Below are positions 37,406 through 46,804 of a stretch of 61,166 nucleotides of DNA, in pieces (positions within the stretch are counted from its first letter, which is position 1; every line of letters starts with the position of its first letter). This stretch comes from Candidatus Saccharimonadota bacterium (GTDB taxonomy: Bacteria > Patescibacteriota > Saccharimonadia > Saccharimonadales > UBA4665): positions 1-61,166 of the forward strand of contig DAIESS010000002.1 of assembly GCA_027346135.1 (NCBI GenBank), given 5' to 3'. A program made the translations under genes and the position numbers. The notes under the pieces were generated by a model, which searched no databases, was not told where the DNA came from, and worked only from the letters and a program-made list of their open reading frames with translations.

Positions 37406-37918
37406 ATGGAACGTACACTTATTATTTTTAAGCCAGACTCAGTAATGCGCGGTATTGTTGGCGAGATTTTGACTCGCTTTGAGCGTGTTGGCCTGAAGAT
37501 TGTCGGCGCCAAAATGCTGCAGCCAGATTATGACTACTACTATCGTCATTACGAGGGCATCGGTACCCTTAAAACTCGTAAGGGTGAGGATATTTTTGAG
37601 CAAAACATGAAGACCATGCAGGCCGGTCCGGTGATTGCGATGGTTCTTGAAGGTGTCAATGCCGCCGAACAAGTTCGCAAGATGGTTGGTGATACCGAAC
37701 CGAAGAGTGCTTTACCTGGTACGATCCGTGGTGACTACGCTCATGTTAGTTACAAGCAGGCTTCAACGGTTGAACTCGGTGTTGCTAACGTTCTTCATGC
37801 TTCAGCTGACGCCGATGAGGCCGCCAAGGAGATCGACCACTGGTTTGCCGACAGCGAGCTCTACGACTACGAAGCCGTTCACGAACCATTTACTCAGCCC
37901 CAGCCAAAAAAGAAATAA
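37406..37918 (+). CDS. ndk: nucleoside diphosphate kinase
   Basis: ERTLIIFKPD, GPVIAMVLEG, PGTIRGDY, NVLHAS. Start reassigned to ATG 37406. Confidence 0.93.
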   Translation: MERTLIIFKPDSVMRGIVGEILTRFERVGLKIVGAKMLQPDYDYYYRHYEGIGTLKTRKGEDIFEQNMKTMQAGPVIAMVLEGVNAAEQVRKMVGDTEPKSALPGTIRGDYAHVSYKQASTVELGVANVLHASADADEAAKEIDHWFADSELYDYEAVHEPFTQPQPKKK

Positions 37919-37967
37919 AAAGCCCCGTCGTAAGTGACGAGGTAAGCTTGTTGATAACTTAGTTTTT

Positions 37968-38042
37968 TGGTGCCCCCGCCACGACTCGAACGTGAAGCTT
38001 CTCCTTAGGACGGAGTTGTTTTATCCATTGAACTACAGGGGC
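37968..38042 (-). tRNA. tRNA-Arg(CCT)
   Basis: GCCCCTG/CGGGGGC acceptor stem, anticodon loop GT-CCT-AA, GTTCGAG T-loop, encoded CCA. Confidence 0.9.
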
Positions 38043-38125
38043 GCGTCCCTTAGTATACCTTGTTATAACAGAGAAGGCGATATGGCGGGTTTGGACACCG
38101 CTTGGTGGCATTGTACAATACGCTT

Positions 38126-38695
38126 ATGACAGAAACAGCCGATTCGGCCGAAAGTTCCGCTCGAGTCCGTTATTTTGACGACCAGTTCGACGACGAAGAC
38201 GTCAAATTTGTCTTTCGCCGCCATCCGATCGTTATGCGCAAAGGGTTGGTTTTTGGCATGCTCGGCCCCTTGGTAGGTGTTATCCCGGCCGCGATTAACC
38301 CGGGTCTTGGTTTTGGCTGGTTTTTTGGCGGCCTGGCCGGTGGCGTTGTGCTCGGTCTGCTCATCTTTTTTCGCCCCTGGATCGACTGGTATTTTAGCGT
38401 TTTCATCTTAACCAACCAGCGTTTTATCCAGATTACGCAAAAAGGTTTGTTTCATCGCAGTGTGGCGGACATTAACCTGCAACAGATACAGTCGATTAAT
38501 TACGAGATTAATGGTATCGAGCAAACACTGCTTGGGTTTGGTACAATAAAGATGCAGACATATGTAGGGGATTTGGTGATGCACGACATCCACCATCCTG
38601 CCAAAACGCAGCGCAAAATTGCCGAGATTTTGCGTGACGAAGGAATTGTCGCCAACACCAGCCCTATAAATAGTCGAATTCAACATGAAAATTAG
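38126..38695 (+). CDS. membrane protein with bacterial PH domain
   Basis: RRHP, two TMs, FILTNQRFI...QKGLF.R...I.L..IQ...G....LLGFGTI. Confidence 0.75.
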   Translation: MTETADSAESSARVRYFDDQFDDEDVKFVFRRHPIVMRKGLVFGMLGPLVGVIPAAINPGLGFGWFFGGLAGGVVLGLLIFFRPWIDWYFSVFILTNQRFIQITQKGLFHRSVADINLQQIQSINYEINGIEQTLLGFGTIKMQTYVGDLVMHDIHHPAKTQRKIAEILRDEGIVANTSPINSRIQHEN

Positions 38696-39746
38696 TAAGT
38701 CTAAACTCAAGAAACCGAATTTATCACGGTTACGACGCAAAAAACCGATCGAAGCCGAATCTGGCCTGCCTCGTATTACTAACGAAACGGTAGCAGCGCA
38801 TCGTGAAGAGGTGTTATCGAGCGCGCGTAAGTATATTTACCCGTTGCAACATTCTAAGCGACGTGTGGTTAAGATATCAGTTACCTTGCTTGTTGTTGCT
38901 ATTATCGGGTTCTTTGTATATCTCGGCCTGGCGCTGTACCGATTCCAGTCGACCAATACATTTGTGTACGGCGTAACGCAGGTACTACCATTGCCGGTTG
39001 CCAAAGCCGGGTCGGATTACGTGTCTTACAATAGCTATTTGTTTGAACTAAGGCATTACATCCACTACTACCACACGCAGCAGCAAGTCGACTTTTCGAC
39101 GAAGCAGGGTAAGGACCAACTGGTTGAGTACAAGAAACGTTCGCTCGATCGCGTCATTCAAATAGCCTATGCCAAACAGTTAGCTGCAAAATACGGCATT
39201 ACGGTGTCGCAAAAAGAAATCGATCAGCAAATCGCTCTAGTCCGCTCGCAGAACCGCCTGGGCGGCAGCGACCAAGTGTTTAAGGATGTTTTAAGTGAAT
39301 TTTGGGGTTGGACAGTCACCGACTTTAAGCGTGAGCTAGGTGATGAAATACTCGAGCAAAAGGTTGTCGCCAAGCTCGATACGGCAGCTCAGAACAAAGC
39401 CCAAGCTGCCTATGCTCAACTGCAACAGGGGGCTGACTTCGGCGAAGTCGCTAAACAATACTCTGAAGATCAAGCCACAGCCGGCAACGGTGGGGTATAC
39501 CCGATTGCTATTGACCGGTCGAACCGCGACGTAGCTCCACAGTTAGTCTCGGCCGTATTTGCGCTTAAACCTGGCGAATATTCTAGTGTTATTAACACCG
39601 GCTACAGGTTGGAAATCGTTAAAGTTATCAGCGTATCCAACGATCGCGTTCAGGCGGCACACATCGTTGTTAACCTGAAAGACATTAAGTCTTACACTGA
39701 TCCGTTGCAGGCTCAGCACAAGGCTCATCGCTTTATCCGTTTCTAG
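38685..39746 (+). CDS. SurA/PrsA-like parvulin peptidyl-prolyl isomerase
   Basis: TM anchor, SurA-N-like helices, GADFGEVAKQYSED..T..NGG, FALKPGEYS.VI.T. Confidence 0.85.
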   Translation: MKISKSKLKKPNLSRLRRKKPIEAESGLPRITNETVAAHREEVLSSARKYIYPLQHSKRRVVKISVTLLVVAIIGFFVYLGLALYRFQSTNTFVYGVTQVLPLPVAKAGSDYVSYNSYLFELRHYIHYYHTQQQVDFSTKQGKDQLVEYKKRSLDRVIQIAYAKQLAAKYGITVSQKEIDQQIALVRSQNRLGGSDQVFKDVLSEFWGWTVTDFKRELGDEILEQKVVAKLDTAAQNKAQAAYAQLQQGADFGEVAKQYSEDQATAGNGGVYPIAIDRSNRDVAPQLVSAVFALKPGEYSSVINTGYRLEIVKVISVSNDRVQAAHIVVNLKDIKSYTDPLQAQHKAHRFIRF

Positions 39747-39849
39747 CATTGCATTTTGGTGCACGTCTTGGTATGATTACCTCTGTTGTATTTCGCAACA
39801 CGGAGTTGCGGCTGTGATGAGAATTACCTTATTCTGCCAATACTAACAA

Positions 39850-39925
39850 GGGCTCGTAGTGAAGTGGTTATCACGCCTCCCTGTCACGGAGGAGATCGCC
39901 GGTTCAAATCCGGTCGGGCCCGCCA
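39850..39925 (+). tRNA. tRNA-Asp(GTC)
   Basis: GGGCTCG/CGGGCCC stem, CCTCC-CTGTCAC-GGAGG anticodon arm, CCA end; terminator at 39925-39961. Confidence 0.95.
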
Positions 39926-40182
39926 AGAAAAAAGGATCACCTAGCGTGGTCCTTTTTTCTTGGCAGCAGGCTACGACAGCTATATATTAGACAAATTTCT
40001 CGAACGAGGCGTTGCTGTACGTAAGTCATATAAAACGAATACAAAAAGTATACAGGCTATTTTAACAGGGGGAATTTATCTGTCTTGATTCAAAATATTG
40101 TGAACAAAAACTTGTATAGACGCATGCTTTTCGTGTGATATCGACATGTCTGTTATAATTACCCTGTCCTTCAAATGGGCGT

Positions 40183-40258
40183 GCCATCTTAGCTCAGTTG
40201 GTAGAGCAGCGCATTCGTAACGCGCAGGTCGCCGGTTCGATCCCGGCAGATGGCTCCA
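40183..40258 (+). tRNA. tRNA-Thr(CGT)
   Basis: GCCATCT/AGATGGC stem, loop TT-CGT-AA, discriminator T followed by CCA. Confidence 0.93.
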
Positions 40259-40325
40259 TATAATCTTAATCTAAGTGACTATGTGTGGCTGAGTGAGTAA
40301 CGTTTTCTAGATACGAGATATGCAA

Positions 40326-40400
40326 GCGGGTATCGTATAGCGGCCATTATGTAGCCTTCCCAAGGCTGAGATCTGGGTTCGACTCCCAGTACCCGCACCA
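40326..40400 (+). tRNA. tRNA-Gly(CCC)
   Basis: GCGGGTA/TACCCGC stem, TAGCC-TTCCCAA-GGCTG anticodon arm, CCA end. Confidence 0.93.
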
Positions 40401-40428
40401 GCACAGAGTGCTACAATATGAGTAACCA

Positions 40429-40791
40429 ATGGAAATTTCAAAAAACTATTTTCAAGACAAAATAATCTTACTTCTCCTTAGTGTGAACGCTTTCATAGCC
40501 ATCGCCACGGTGGTGATGATTGCACTTCGAGTGGGGTCGGGCCATACCGATTACATCGTCCAATGTCGCGATTGTTCCAATGTGCAGGCAATTAGTCGTT
40601 TCAGTAAGGGCGGTATTAGCGAAATATTGGCATTCATGGTTTTTTCTGTCGGCGTCGCCGCTGTTCACACGATTTTGAGCATAAAACTATTTAACATTAA
40701 CCGGCAATTAACGGTAGTTGTTCTGGCCTTCGGCACGCTATTACTAGTACTATCATTTATTATTAGCTATGCTTTACTACTTCTGCGCTAG
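40429..40791 (+). CDS. membrane protein (3 TM)
   Basis: Three hydrophobic segments and a CRDC motif in a loop. Confidence 0.65.
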   Translation: MEISKNYFQDKIILLLLSVNAFIAIATVVMIALRVGSGHTDYIVQCRDCSNVQAISRFSKGGISEILAFMVFSVGVAAVHTILSIKLFNINRQLTVVVLAFGTLLLVLSFIISYALLLLR

Positions 40792-40796
40792 GTAAT

Positions 40797-42404
40797 ATGA
40801 CAGACATCGAGATACCTTACGAAAAAGACCGACACGGTCATTATCGTTTTTTCGAGATATTGCCGGGCGTTCTTTCTTATTCGCTGCTGCTGCTGCCTTT
40901 CGTACTTAGCCTTATAAATGTCACTTTGGCCGCTATATTCGTGCTGGCCTATATGCTGATTTACGTAGTACGTGGCTTCGGGGTCGCTTTTCGAGGCGTC
41001 CAGGCATTTCACGTTCTGGGTCAGCAGAGGAAGTTGGATTGGCCGGAATTGCTCGATAACTTGCAGACCGGTAAATTAACGCCCGGTCACAAAACGCCGC
41101 GCTGGCATAGCGAAAGGCTGCATCGTTTACATGACCAGCCGAATCGATTGATGCCTAAGGATATTATCCATGCCGTTATAATTGCTACCTACAACGAGAG
41201 TCGAGAAGTATTAGAGCCTACTATTCAGTCGGTTGTCGACTCTTTATATGACATGAAGCAGGTAATTCTCGTGCTGGCTTATGAAGAGCGTGGCGGTGAG
41301 CGGGTCGAGGAGCAATCACTGTCACTAGTCGAAGACTACAAAGATAAATTCCTTGATGCTATGGCCATCAAGCACCCCAAAGATATGCCGGGAGAGGTGA
41401 TTGGGAAGGGCGGCAATGTGACTTATGCTGGTCGCCAACTACAAAAATACCTTGAGAGTAAGAACATCGATCCGCGTCGCGTTATCGTGACGACGCTCGA
41501 TTCCGACAATCGACCCGACAAGCAGTACCTGCCAGCTTTAAGTTATGTTTACGCCGCTTGCGAGGATCCAGTTCACGTTTCGGTCCAGCCAATCACTATC
41601 TACAGTAATAATATTTGGGACGCGCCGGCACCTATGCGGGTTATTGCGACGGGTAACTCCTTTTATAATATTGTTTTGTCACTGCGCCCGCATTTGCTGC
41701 GCAACTTTTCCGCTCACGCCCAGAGTATGGCGGCGCTTATCGATATGGATTTCTGGAGCGTCCGGACTATCGTGGAGGATGGCCATCAATTTTGGCGATC
41801 GTATTTTCGGTATGACGGTAATTACCGGGTGCTACCACTGTATGTACCGATCTACCAAGATGCCGTGTTAACTGATAATTACCGCAAGACACTAAAAGCG
41901 CAGTTTGTTCAGTTGCGTCGTTGGACCTATGGAGCTTCGGACATAGCTTATGTTGCCGACAAGGGTTTTTTTAAGTCCAACAAGGTGCCAAGACTCGATC
42001 TTATTGGCAAATGGTTGCGCCTGACTGAAGGGCACGTTAGTTGGGCGGCGGCGCCTATCCTAGTGCTATTTGCTGGTTATATCCCGGCCTTATTCCACCC
42101 CCAAAGCTTTGCGGCCAACGAACTGCCGCTCATTTTAAGCCGGATCCAGCGTTTTGCGATGCTTGGGGTGGTTATATTAATCTTTGTTGCCTTCAAGACG
42201 CTGCCGCCCAAACCAGCTCGTTACAAGCGCCGCCGCTCGTTTTGGATGGTCTTACAGTGGATCTACCTCCCGGTAACCACAATCGGCTATAACTCATTTG
42301 CAGCCTTTTACTCGCAAACTCGCCTGATGTTCCGTAAGTATATGGATAAATTCGACGTGACCGAAAAAGCTGTCGTCGACGAGTCGGGTAAGGCCAGCTC
42401 CTAG
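40797..42404 (+). CDS. membrane glycosyltransferase, family 2 (processive type)
   Basis: IIATYNES, GKGGN, LDSD, IVED, QLRRW (QxxRW), multiple TMs. Confidence 0.88.
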   Translation: MTDIEIPYEKDRHGHYRFFEILPGVLSYSLLLLPFVLSLINVTLAAIFVLAYMLIYVVRGFGVAFRGVQAFHVLGQQRKLDWPELLDNLQTGKLTPGHKTPRWHSERLHRLHDQPNRLMPKDIIHAVIIATYNESREVLEPTIQSVVDSLYDMKQVILVLAYEERGGERVEEQSLSLVEDYKDKFLDAMAIKHPKDMPGEVIGKGGNVTYAGRQLQKYLESKNIDPRRVIVTTLDSDNRPDKQYLPALSYVYAACEDPVHVSVQPITIYSNNIWDAPAPMRVIATGNSFYNIVLSLRPHLLRNFSAHAQSMAALIDMDFWSVRTIVEDGHQFWRSYFRYDGNYRVLPLYVPIYQDAVLTDNYRKTLKAQFVQLRRWTYGASDIAYVADKGFFKSNKVPRLDLIGKWLRLTEGHVSWAAAPILVLFAGYIPALFHPQSFAANELPLILSRIQRFAMLGVVILIFVAFKTLPPKPARYKRRRSFWMVLQWIYLPVTTIGYNSFAAFYSQTRLMFRKYMDKFDVTEKAVVDESGKASS

Positions 42405-42410
42405 CGAGGC

Positions 42411-42821
42411 TTACTTTAGGTGAAAAGCCTTGTAGTGGGTGGCGGCCACTTGGTCGAAGCTTAGAAGTATTGCGTGGACTAGTTCGCTTAGTTTATCGGG
42501 GTAAATAACGCCTTCGTCGGCAACTTCAGACAATTTGCCAATAACGGTATCAGTTAGGGCTCCTGCATCCTGTAGAGCGTCGCTACGGTGACGGCAGCTG
42601 TTATATATACTCACCAGTAATTTATCGCGTAAAAACGGCGTTAACGGCGATTTGGAGGTGCTAGGACGTACCATGAAAGCATCCGTTAAAAGAGCTGCTT
42701 CGATGGTTGTAAAGACCGAATGACAGCTTTGGCACTGTCGGCGGCGCCAAACCCGGTTAAGTCGCTTCTGGGGGCGGGAATTAATTACGTCAGTTTCTCG
42801 TGCACAATAAATACAAACCAT
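42411..42821 (-). CDS. nrdR: transcriptional repressor NrdR
   Basis: MVCIYC...T.VINSR....VWRRRQCQSC...FTTIE zinc ribbon and ATP-cone-like PF.RDKL. Confidence 0.85.
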   Translation of the reverse strand: MVCIYCARETDVINSRPQKRLNRVWRRRQCQSCHSVFTTIEAALLTDAFMVRPSTSKSPLTPFLRDKLLVSIYNSCRHRSDALQDAGALTDTVIGKLSEVADEGVIYPDKLSELVHAILLSFDQVAATHYKAFHLK

Positions 42822-42914
42822 GACTACATATTGTCATAACGCTATAAAAAATGCTAGTGGAAAACTATTTGAGCTTGGGGGAAAACTCTCAATAATAACG
42901 TCTCTACGCAATAT

Positions 42915-42942
42915 AAAAGCTCCTAGGCTATACCTAGGAGCT
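42915..42942 (-). terminator. intrinsic terminator of the minus-strand ncRNA
   Basis: AGCTCCTAGG-tatag-CCTAGGAGCT followed by TTT on the minus strand. Confidence 0.7.
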
Positions 42943-42944
42943 AT

Positions 42945-43096
42945 TGGTGGGACCTGTTGCGGCCCCCGTAATCTAAACTTTATTTGCGCAAGCGGCGGAT
43001 TCGAGTTGTCGGTTGAGCGGTTAATTCCTCATAAAACAACTGAAATACGTCAAGCGCACTGGCTTGGTTGATACTCACCCAAAATCCCTGTTTAAC
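42945..43096 (-). ncRNA. putative 6S-like RNA (~150 nt)
   Basis: Minus-strand TTGACA(43131)-17-TAATAT promoter, no ORF, terminator. Rod-like fold: GGGA/TCCC closing stem, central A-rich bubble, TGCGC/GCGCA, AGTTGT/ACAACT, TGAG/CTCA. Confidence 0.5.
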
Positions 43097-43237
43097 TCAT
43101 GTATATTACATTAAGCTATCAGAACTGTCAATAAAGGGACATAATACTGTTTATGCTTATAACAGGGGTATGAAATGTATTTTACCCTTGTTATTAGGGA
43201 CTGTTTCCGTTATAGTTAGCACGGATCAGTTATAAGA

Positions 43238-43314
43238 GGGCTCTTAGCTCATTTGGCTAGAGCGCATCCTTGACGTGGATGAGGTGAGAGGTTCGAATCC
43301 TCTAGAGCCCACCA
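43238..43314 (+). tRNA. tRNA-Val(GAC)
   Basis: GGGCTCT/AGAGCCC stem, CATCC-TTGACGT-GGATG anticodon arm, CCA end; terminator at 43313-43352. Confidence 0.94.
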
Positions 43315-43795
43315 ACTAAAATACCCCTGGTTATACAGGGGTATTTTAGTTGTATAAGGCTACGCCATTCGGCTATGTATATAAAGCGGCAGCTTCCCAG
43401 TGTAAGTAGGCACATGATGACATAGGCAGAACGTTATCGTGCAAATAAGTGTCGTCGCACAATTATTTTTCAAAATCGTCACATATTCTTATGACAGATA
43501 ATTTGGTTGGAAGGCGTTATGATCTTATATGACAAAGCGTGAGGTATGCCTATACCACATAAGAGATAAAAATAATTGTTATATCCACAGGTGGATATGT
43601 AAACAAAACAACAAAATAAGGCTAGCCATATAGTACTAACTATATTAGACTACTTTGTAGGTGAGGTTTTGCCGAGAGGTTTTGTAAGGCGCTTGAATGA
43701 ATTTGCGAGATCATTCAAGCGTTTTTTAATGGTTTTCGGTTAGTCTATCTTTCTCCGGCGATAGGGGTTACTAGACCTAATATGCTACACTGGTG

Positions 43796-43982
43796 ACAGA
43801 GTGATGATGTGGCTTCACCATCCATGGAGCTCTGTCCGTAACGGTCGGATCAAATCCCGTTATAAGTGCCCCGTTAATATGGGGAAGTCCGGTGGAACCA
43901 CCTCTAGAATTAGGGGCCCGAGACGCAATCAGCTGTTAAATACATTTGCGAGAGTATTGAACGGCTGGGAGCGTCTTTTTTA
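43796..43982 (+). promoter_or_regulatory. T-box riboswitch (Thr) upstream of thrS
   Basis: T-box AAGTCCGG-TGGAACC-ACC (bulge 43893-43899), CCCGTTA stem IIA/B-like motif, short stem I ACAGAG/CTCTGT with ACC at 43817-43819, terminator AGACGC...GCGTCT followed by T-tract. Confidence 0.8.
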
Positions 43983-44008
43983 TATCAAAATAACGGAGCT
44001 GTATATTA

Positions 44009-45859
44009 ATGGCTGACTCAAACAATCAAACTGAATTATCCGCCTTGCGCCACAGTCTGGCGCACATTATGGCAAATGCCACTCAACATCTCTGGCCGCG
44101 AGCCAAATTTGGCGTTGGACCGGTTGTTGAACATGGTTTTTACTATGACGTAGATATACCGGGAGTAAGTTTATCTAACGAAGATTTCGAGCGAATTGAA
44201 GCCGAGATGAAGAAGATTATCGCGACCGATGAGCCGTTTGAACGTTTTACGATGCCTATAGCCGAAGCGATTAAGTGGGCGACCGACAACGACCAACCGT
44301 ACAAAGCCGAGCTATTAAACGACCTGCAGCGTGCCGGCACGACTGTCGCAAAAGATTTAGATGCCGGCGAGCTGGGGTTACCAGCGGGTGACGGTAGTAA
44401 GGTAAGCGAAGTGTCGTTTTACAGAAACGGAGATTTTACTGATTTATGTCGTGGCCCGCACGTTGAATCTACTGGCAAAGTCGGTGCCTTTAAGCTAATG
44501 CGTGTCTCTGGTGCATATTGGCGGGGTAACGAGAAGAATGCACAGATGCAGCGAATTTACGGCGTAGCGTTTTCGACGCCTAAGGAGTTGCGACAACACC
44601 TCGATATGCTTGAGGAAGCCAAAAAGCGCGATCACCGCAAGCTTGGCCAGGAACTCGACTTATTCCTCTTTAGCGACTTAGTTGGCTCTGGTTTGCCGTT
44701 GTTTACGCCGCGCGGTACGGTTCTACGTGAAGAGTTAGGTAAGTTTACCCAAGAGCTTAGACACAAGACGGGCTTCCAGCGGGTGTGGACACCGGTTATT
44801 GCCAAGACGGATCTGTATAAGGCAAGTGGCCATTGGGATAAATTTGGCGACGAACTCTTCCTGGTCAAGAGCCAGGAAACTTCCGACGAATTTGTCTTGC
44901 GGCCGATGAACTGTCCGCACCATGTCCAGATCTATGCTTCCCAGCCGCGCAGCTATCGTGATCTGCCGCTTAAGTTCATGGAAAATGCCGGTGACTACCG
45001 GGACGAGAAGACGGGTGAGTTACACGGCTTAAGTCGAGTGCGTTCATTTACGCAGGATGATAGTCACGCGTTCGTAGCCGAAAATCAGATCAAGGAAGTA
45101 GCAACAGCACTCGTTCACGCATCACAAGAGATGTACGAAGTGTTCGATATGGAGCTGAAGTTCCGGCTAAGTTTTCGCGATAGTGGTCCAGGTTACCTGG
45201 GAGATCCCAAACTTTGGGATAAAGCTCAGGCACAGATCGAAGAATTGGCCAAAGAAAATAACCTGGACTATTACATCGAAGAAGGTGAGGCGGCGTTTTA
45301 TGGTCCAAAGATTGACTTCATGGCGACTGATGCCATTGGTCGACAGTGGCAGGTGGCAACGGTTCAGCTCGACTTTGTTCAGCCGGAGCGTTTTGGCTTG
45401 GAATACACCGATGAGTCCGGTGGCAAGCAGCAGCCGGTTATGATTCACTGCGCGCTGTTAGGGTCACTTGAACGTTTCCTGTCTGTATATATCGAACACG
45501 TTGGTGGCCGGTTCCCGGTATGGTTGGCGCCAGAGCAAGTACGTATAATTACCGTCAATCAAGAAGAAAAGACGCTCGACTTTGCTCGAAAATTGTCGGA
45601 ACGAGCCGATAAATTGGGTCTGCGTGTTAGTGTCGATAACGACAACGAATCGGTCGGTAAGAAGATCCGTAGTAGTGAGGTCTGGAAAGTACCGTATACG
45701 ATAGTGATTGGTGACAAAGAGATAGAAAGTAACGAAGTCACGCCTCGAATAAGGGGTGATATGGTGGTAAATCAGGACGCTAAGACCTATACGACAGATG
45801 AATTTTTGCAAACTGTCGCCAATGAGTCTAAAATGCGCGTTACGAAAACGTCGTTCTAG
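44009..45859 (+). CDS. thrS: threonine--tRNA ligase
   Basis: RHSLAH, DLCRGPHV, RDHRKLG, PMNCPHH, EAAFYGPKID, HCALLGSLERF. Confidence 0.98.
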   Translation: MADSNNQTELSALRHSLAHIMANATQHLWPRAKFGVGPVVEHGFYYDVDIPGVSLSNEDFERIEAEMKKIIATDEPFERFTMPIAEAIKWATDNDQPYKAELLNDLQRAGTTVAKDLDAGELGLPAGDGSKVSEVSFYRNGDFTDLCRGPHVESTGKVGAFKLMRVSGAYWRGNEKNAQMQRIYGVAFSTPKELRQHLDMLEEAKKRDHRKLGQELDLFLFSDLVGSGLPLFTPRGTVLREELGKFTQELRHKTGFQRVWTPVIAKTDLYKASGHWDKFGDELFLVKSQETSDEFVLRPMNCPHHVQIYASQPRSYRDLPLKFMENAGDYRDEKTGELHGLSRVRSFTQDDSHAFVAENQIKEVATALVHASQEMYEVFDMELKFRLSFRDSGPGYLGDPKLWDKAQAQIEELAKENNLDYYIEEGEAAFYGPKIDFMATDAIGRQWQVATVQLDFVQPERFGLEYTDESGGKQQPVMIHCALLGSLERFLSVYIEHVGGRFPVWLAPEQVRIITVNQEEKTLDFARKLSERADKLGLRVSVDNDNESVGKKIRSSEVWKVPYTIVIGDKEIESNEVTPRIRGDMVVNQDAKTYTTDEFLQTVANESKMRVTKTSF

Positions 45860-45891
45860 AACGGACGTTTACTAGCCTTAGGAGTTAGAAT

Positions 45892-46488
45892 ATGAAGCGA
45901 CAAACTATTGCGGTGGATATCGATGATGTCTTGGCAGACCATGTTGCTGCCTTTGCTGCCTTTAGTAATGCCAACTACGGCACTAACATTAGCAAGCATA
46001 ACTACGACGATGCGTGGTCAAAACTTTGGGAAGTAGACAGGCGGGAGATCGAACGTCGAGCCCTAGAATTTCATACGGCCGAAAGTATTATGCAGTATGA
46101 ATTAATCGAGGCCGCCAAAGAATCGCTTGAGCATCTGGCGCACCACTATGACCTAGCCGTTGTTTCGGCTCGGCCAATGCACGTCAAAGATGCCAGTGAG
46201 CGATGGCTAGCAATAAACTTTGGAAATATGTTTCGTGAGGTGCATTTTTTGCCATACTGGGAAGAGAACAATACTCTGACCAAGGCCGACCTGTGTAAGC
46301 GAGCTGGCGCCGACTACCTCATCGACGATATCGTTAAACACTGTAATATTGCAGCCGAAAACGGCCTGCAGGGTTTATTATTCGGTGACTACAGTTGGAA
46401 CCAGGCGGATAATATTCATTCATCGGTGAAGCGTTTGGCAAACTGGAAAGAAGTGGTTGAGTATTTTGACGAGCAAAGAAGTCGATAG
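45892..46488 (+). CDS. HAD-family 5'(3')-deoxyribonucleotidase (NT5C-like)
   Basis: IAVDIDDVLAD, VVSAR, K...C......LIDD, YSWN. Confidence 0.8.
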   Translation: MKRQTIAVDIDDVLADHVAAFAAFSNANYGTNISKHNYDDAWSKLWEVDRREIERRALEFHTAESIMQYELIEAAKESLEHLAHHYDLAVVSARPMHVKDASERWLAINFGNMFREVHFLPYWEENNTLTKADLCKRAGADYLIDDIVKHCNIAAENGLQGLLFGDYSWNQADNIHSSVKRLANWKEVVEYFDEQRSR

Positions 46489-46804
46489 TTCGTTTGCTGA
46501 GCGGGTGCATGCTTTGGTTAGACAAATTCCAACCGGTCGTGTAATGACATATGGACAGGTTGCTGCGCTTTGCGGTAACCCCAGAGCGGCACGGATCGTG
46601 GGTGGTGTGGCTCATTTTGGCGATCCGGACGTGCCATGGCAGCGGGTCGTAAACAAGTCGGGGCAGCTGGCAGCCGGCTATCCTGGCGGCCGAGCGGGCC
46701 ACAAAATACAGCTAGAAGCCGAAGGTATAGCCGTATCTGACGATTATAAAGTTGATGTTGCGAGCTTGTTGTGGTGGCCTCCTCTTAAGCGAGGCGATGT
46801 ATGA
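46457..46804 (+). CDS. alkyltransferase-like (ATL/YbaZ-type) MGMT-family protein
   Basis: IPTGRVMTYGQVA...G.PRAAR.VG and PWQRVVN, with Trp in place of the catalytic Cys. Confidence 0.88.
   Translation: MSILTSKEVDSSFAERVHALVRQIPTGRVMTYGQVAALCGNPRAARIVGGVAHFGDPDVPWQRVVNKSGQLAAGYPGGRAGHKIQLEAEGIAVSDDYKVDVASLLWWPPLKRGDV

Noticed and set aside
36357..38042. Tyrosine recombinase near tRNA-Arg as a prophage or integrative element
   Set aside because: The protein looks like a housekeeping Xer, the neighbours are core genes, and I saw no duplicated tRNA 3' end or phage genes.
42820..43071. ORFs 42820-43071(+) and 43801-44016(+)
   Set aside because: They overlap the 6S-like RNA with its terminator and the T-box leader respectively, and show no protein-like features.
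43134..43161. dif-like site AAGGGACATAA-TACTGT-TTATGCTTATA
   Set aside because: The inner CATAA-N6-TTATG fits, but the outer XerD arm departs from TTATGTTAAAT. It cannot be supported without GC-skew data.
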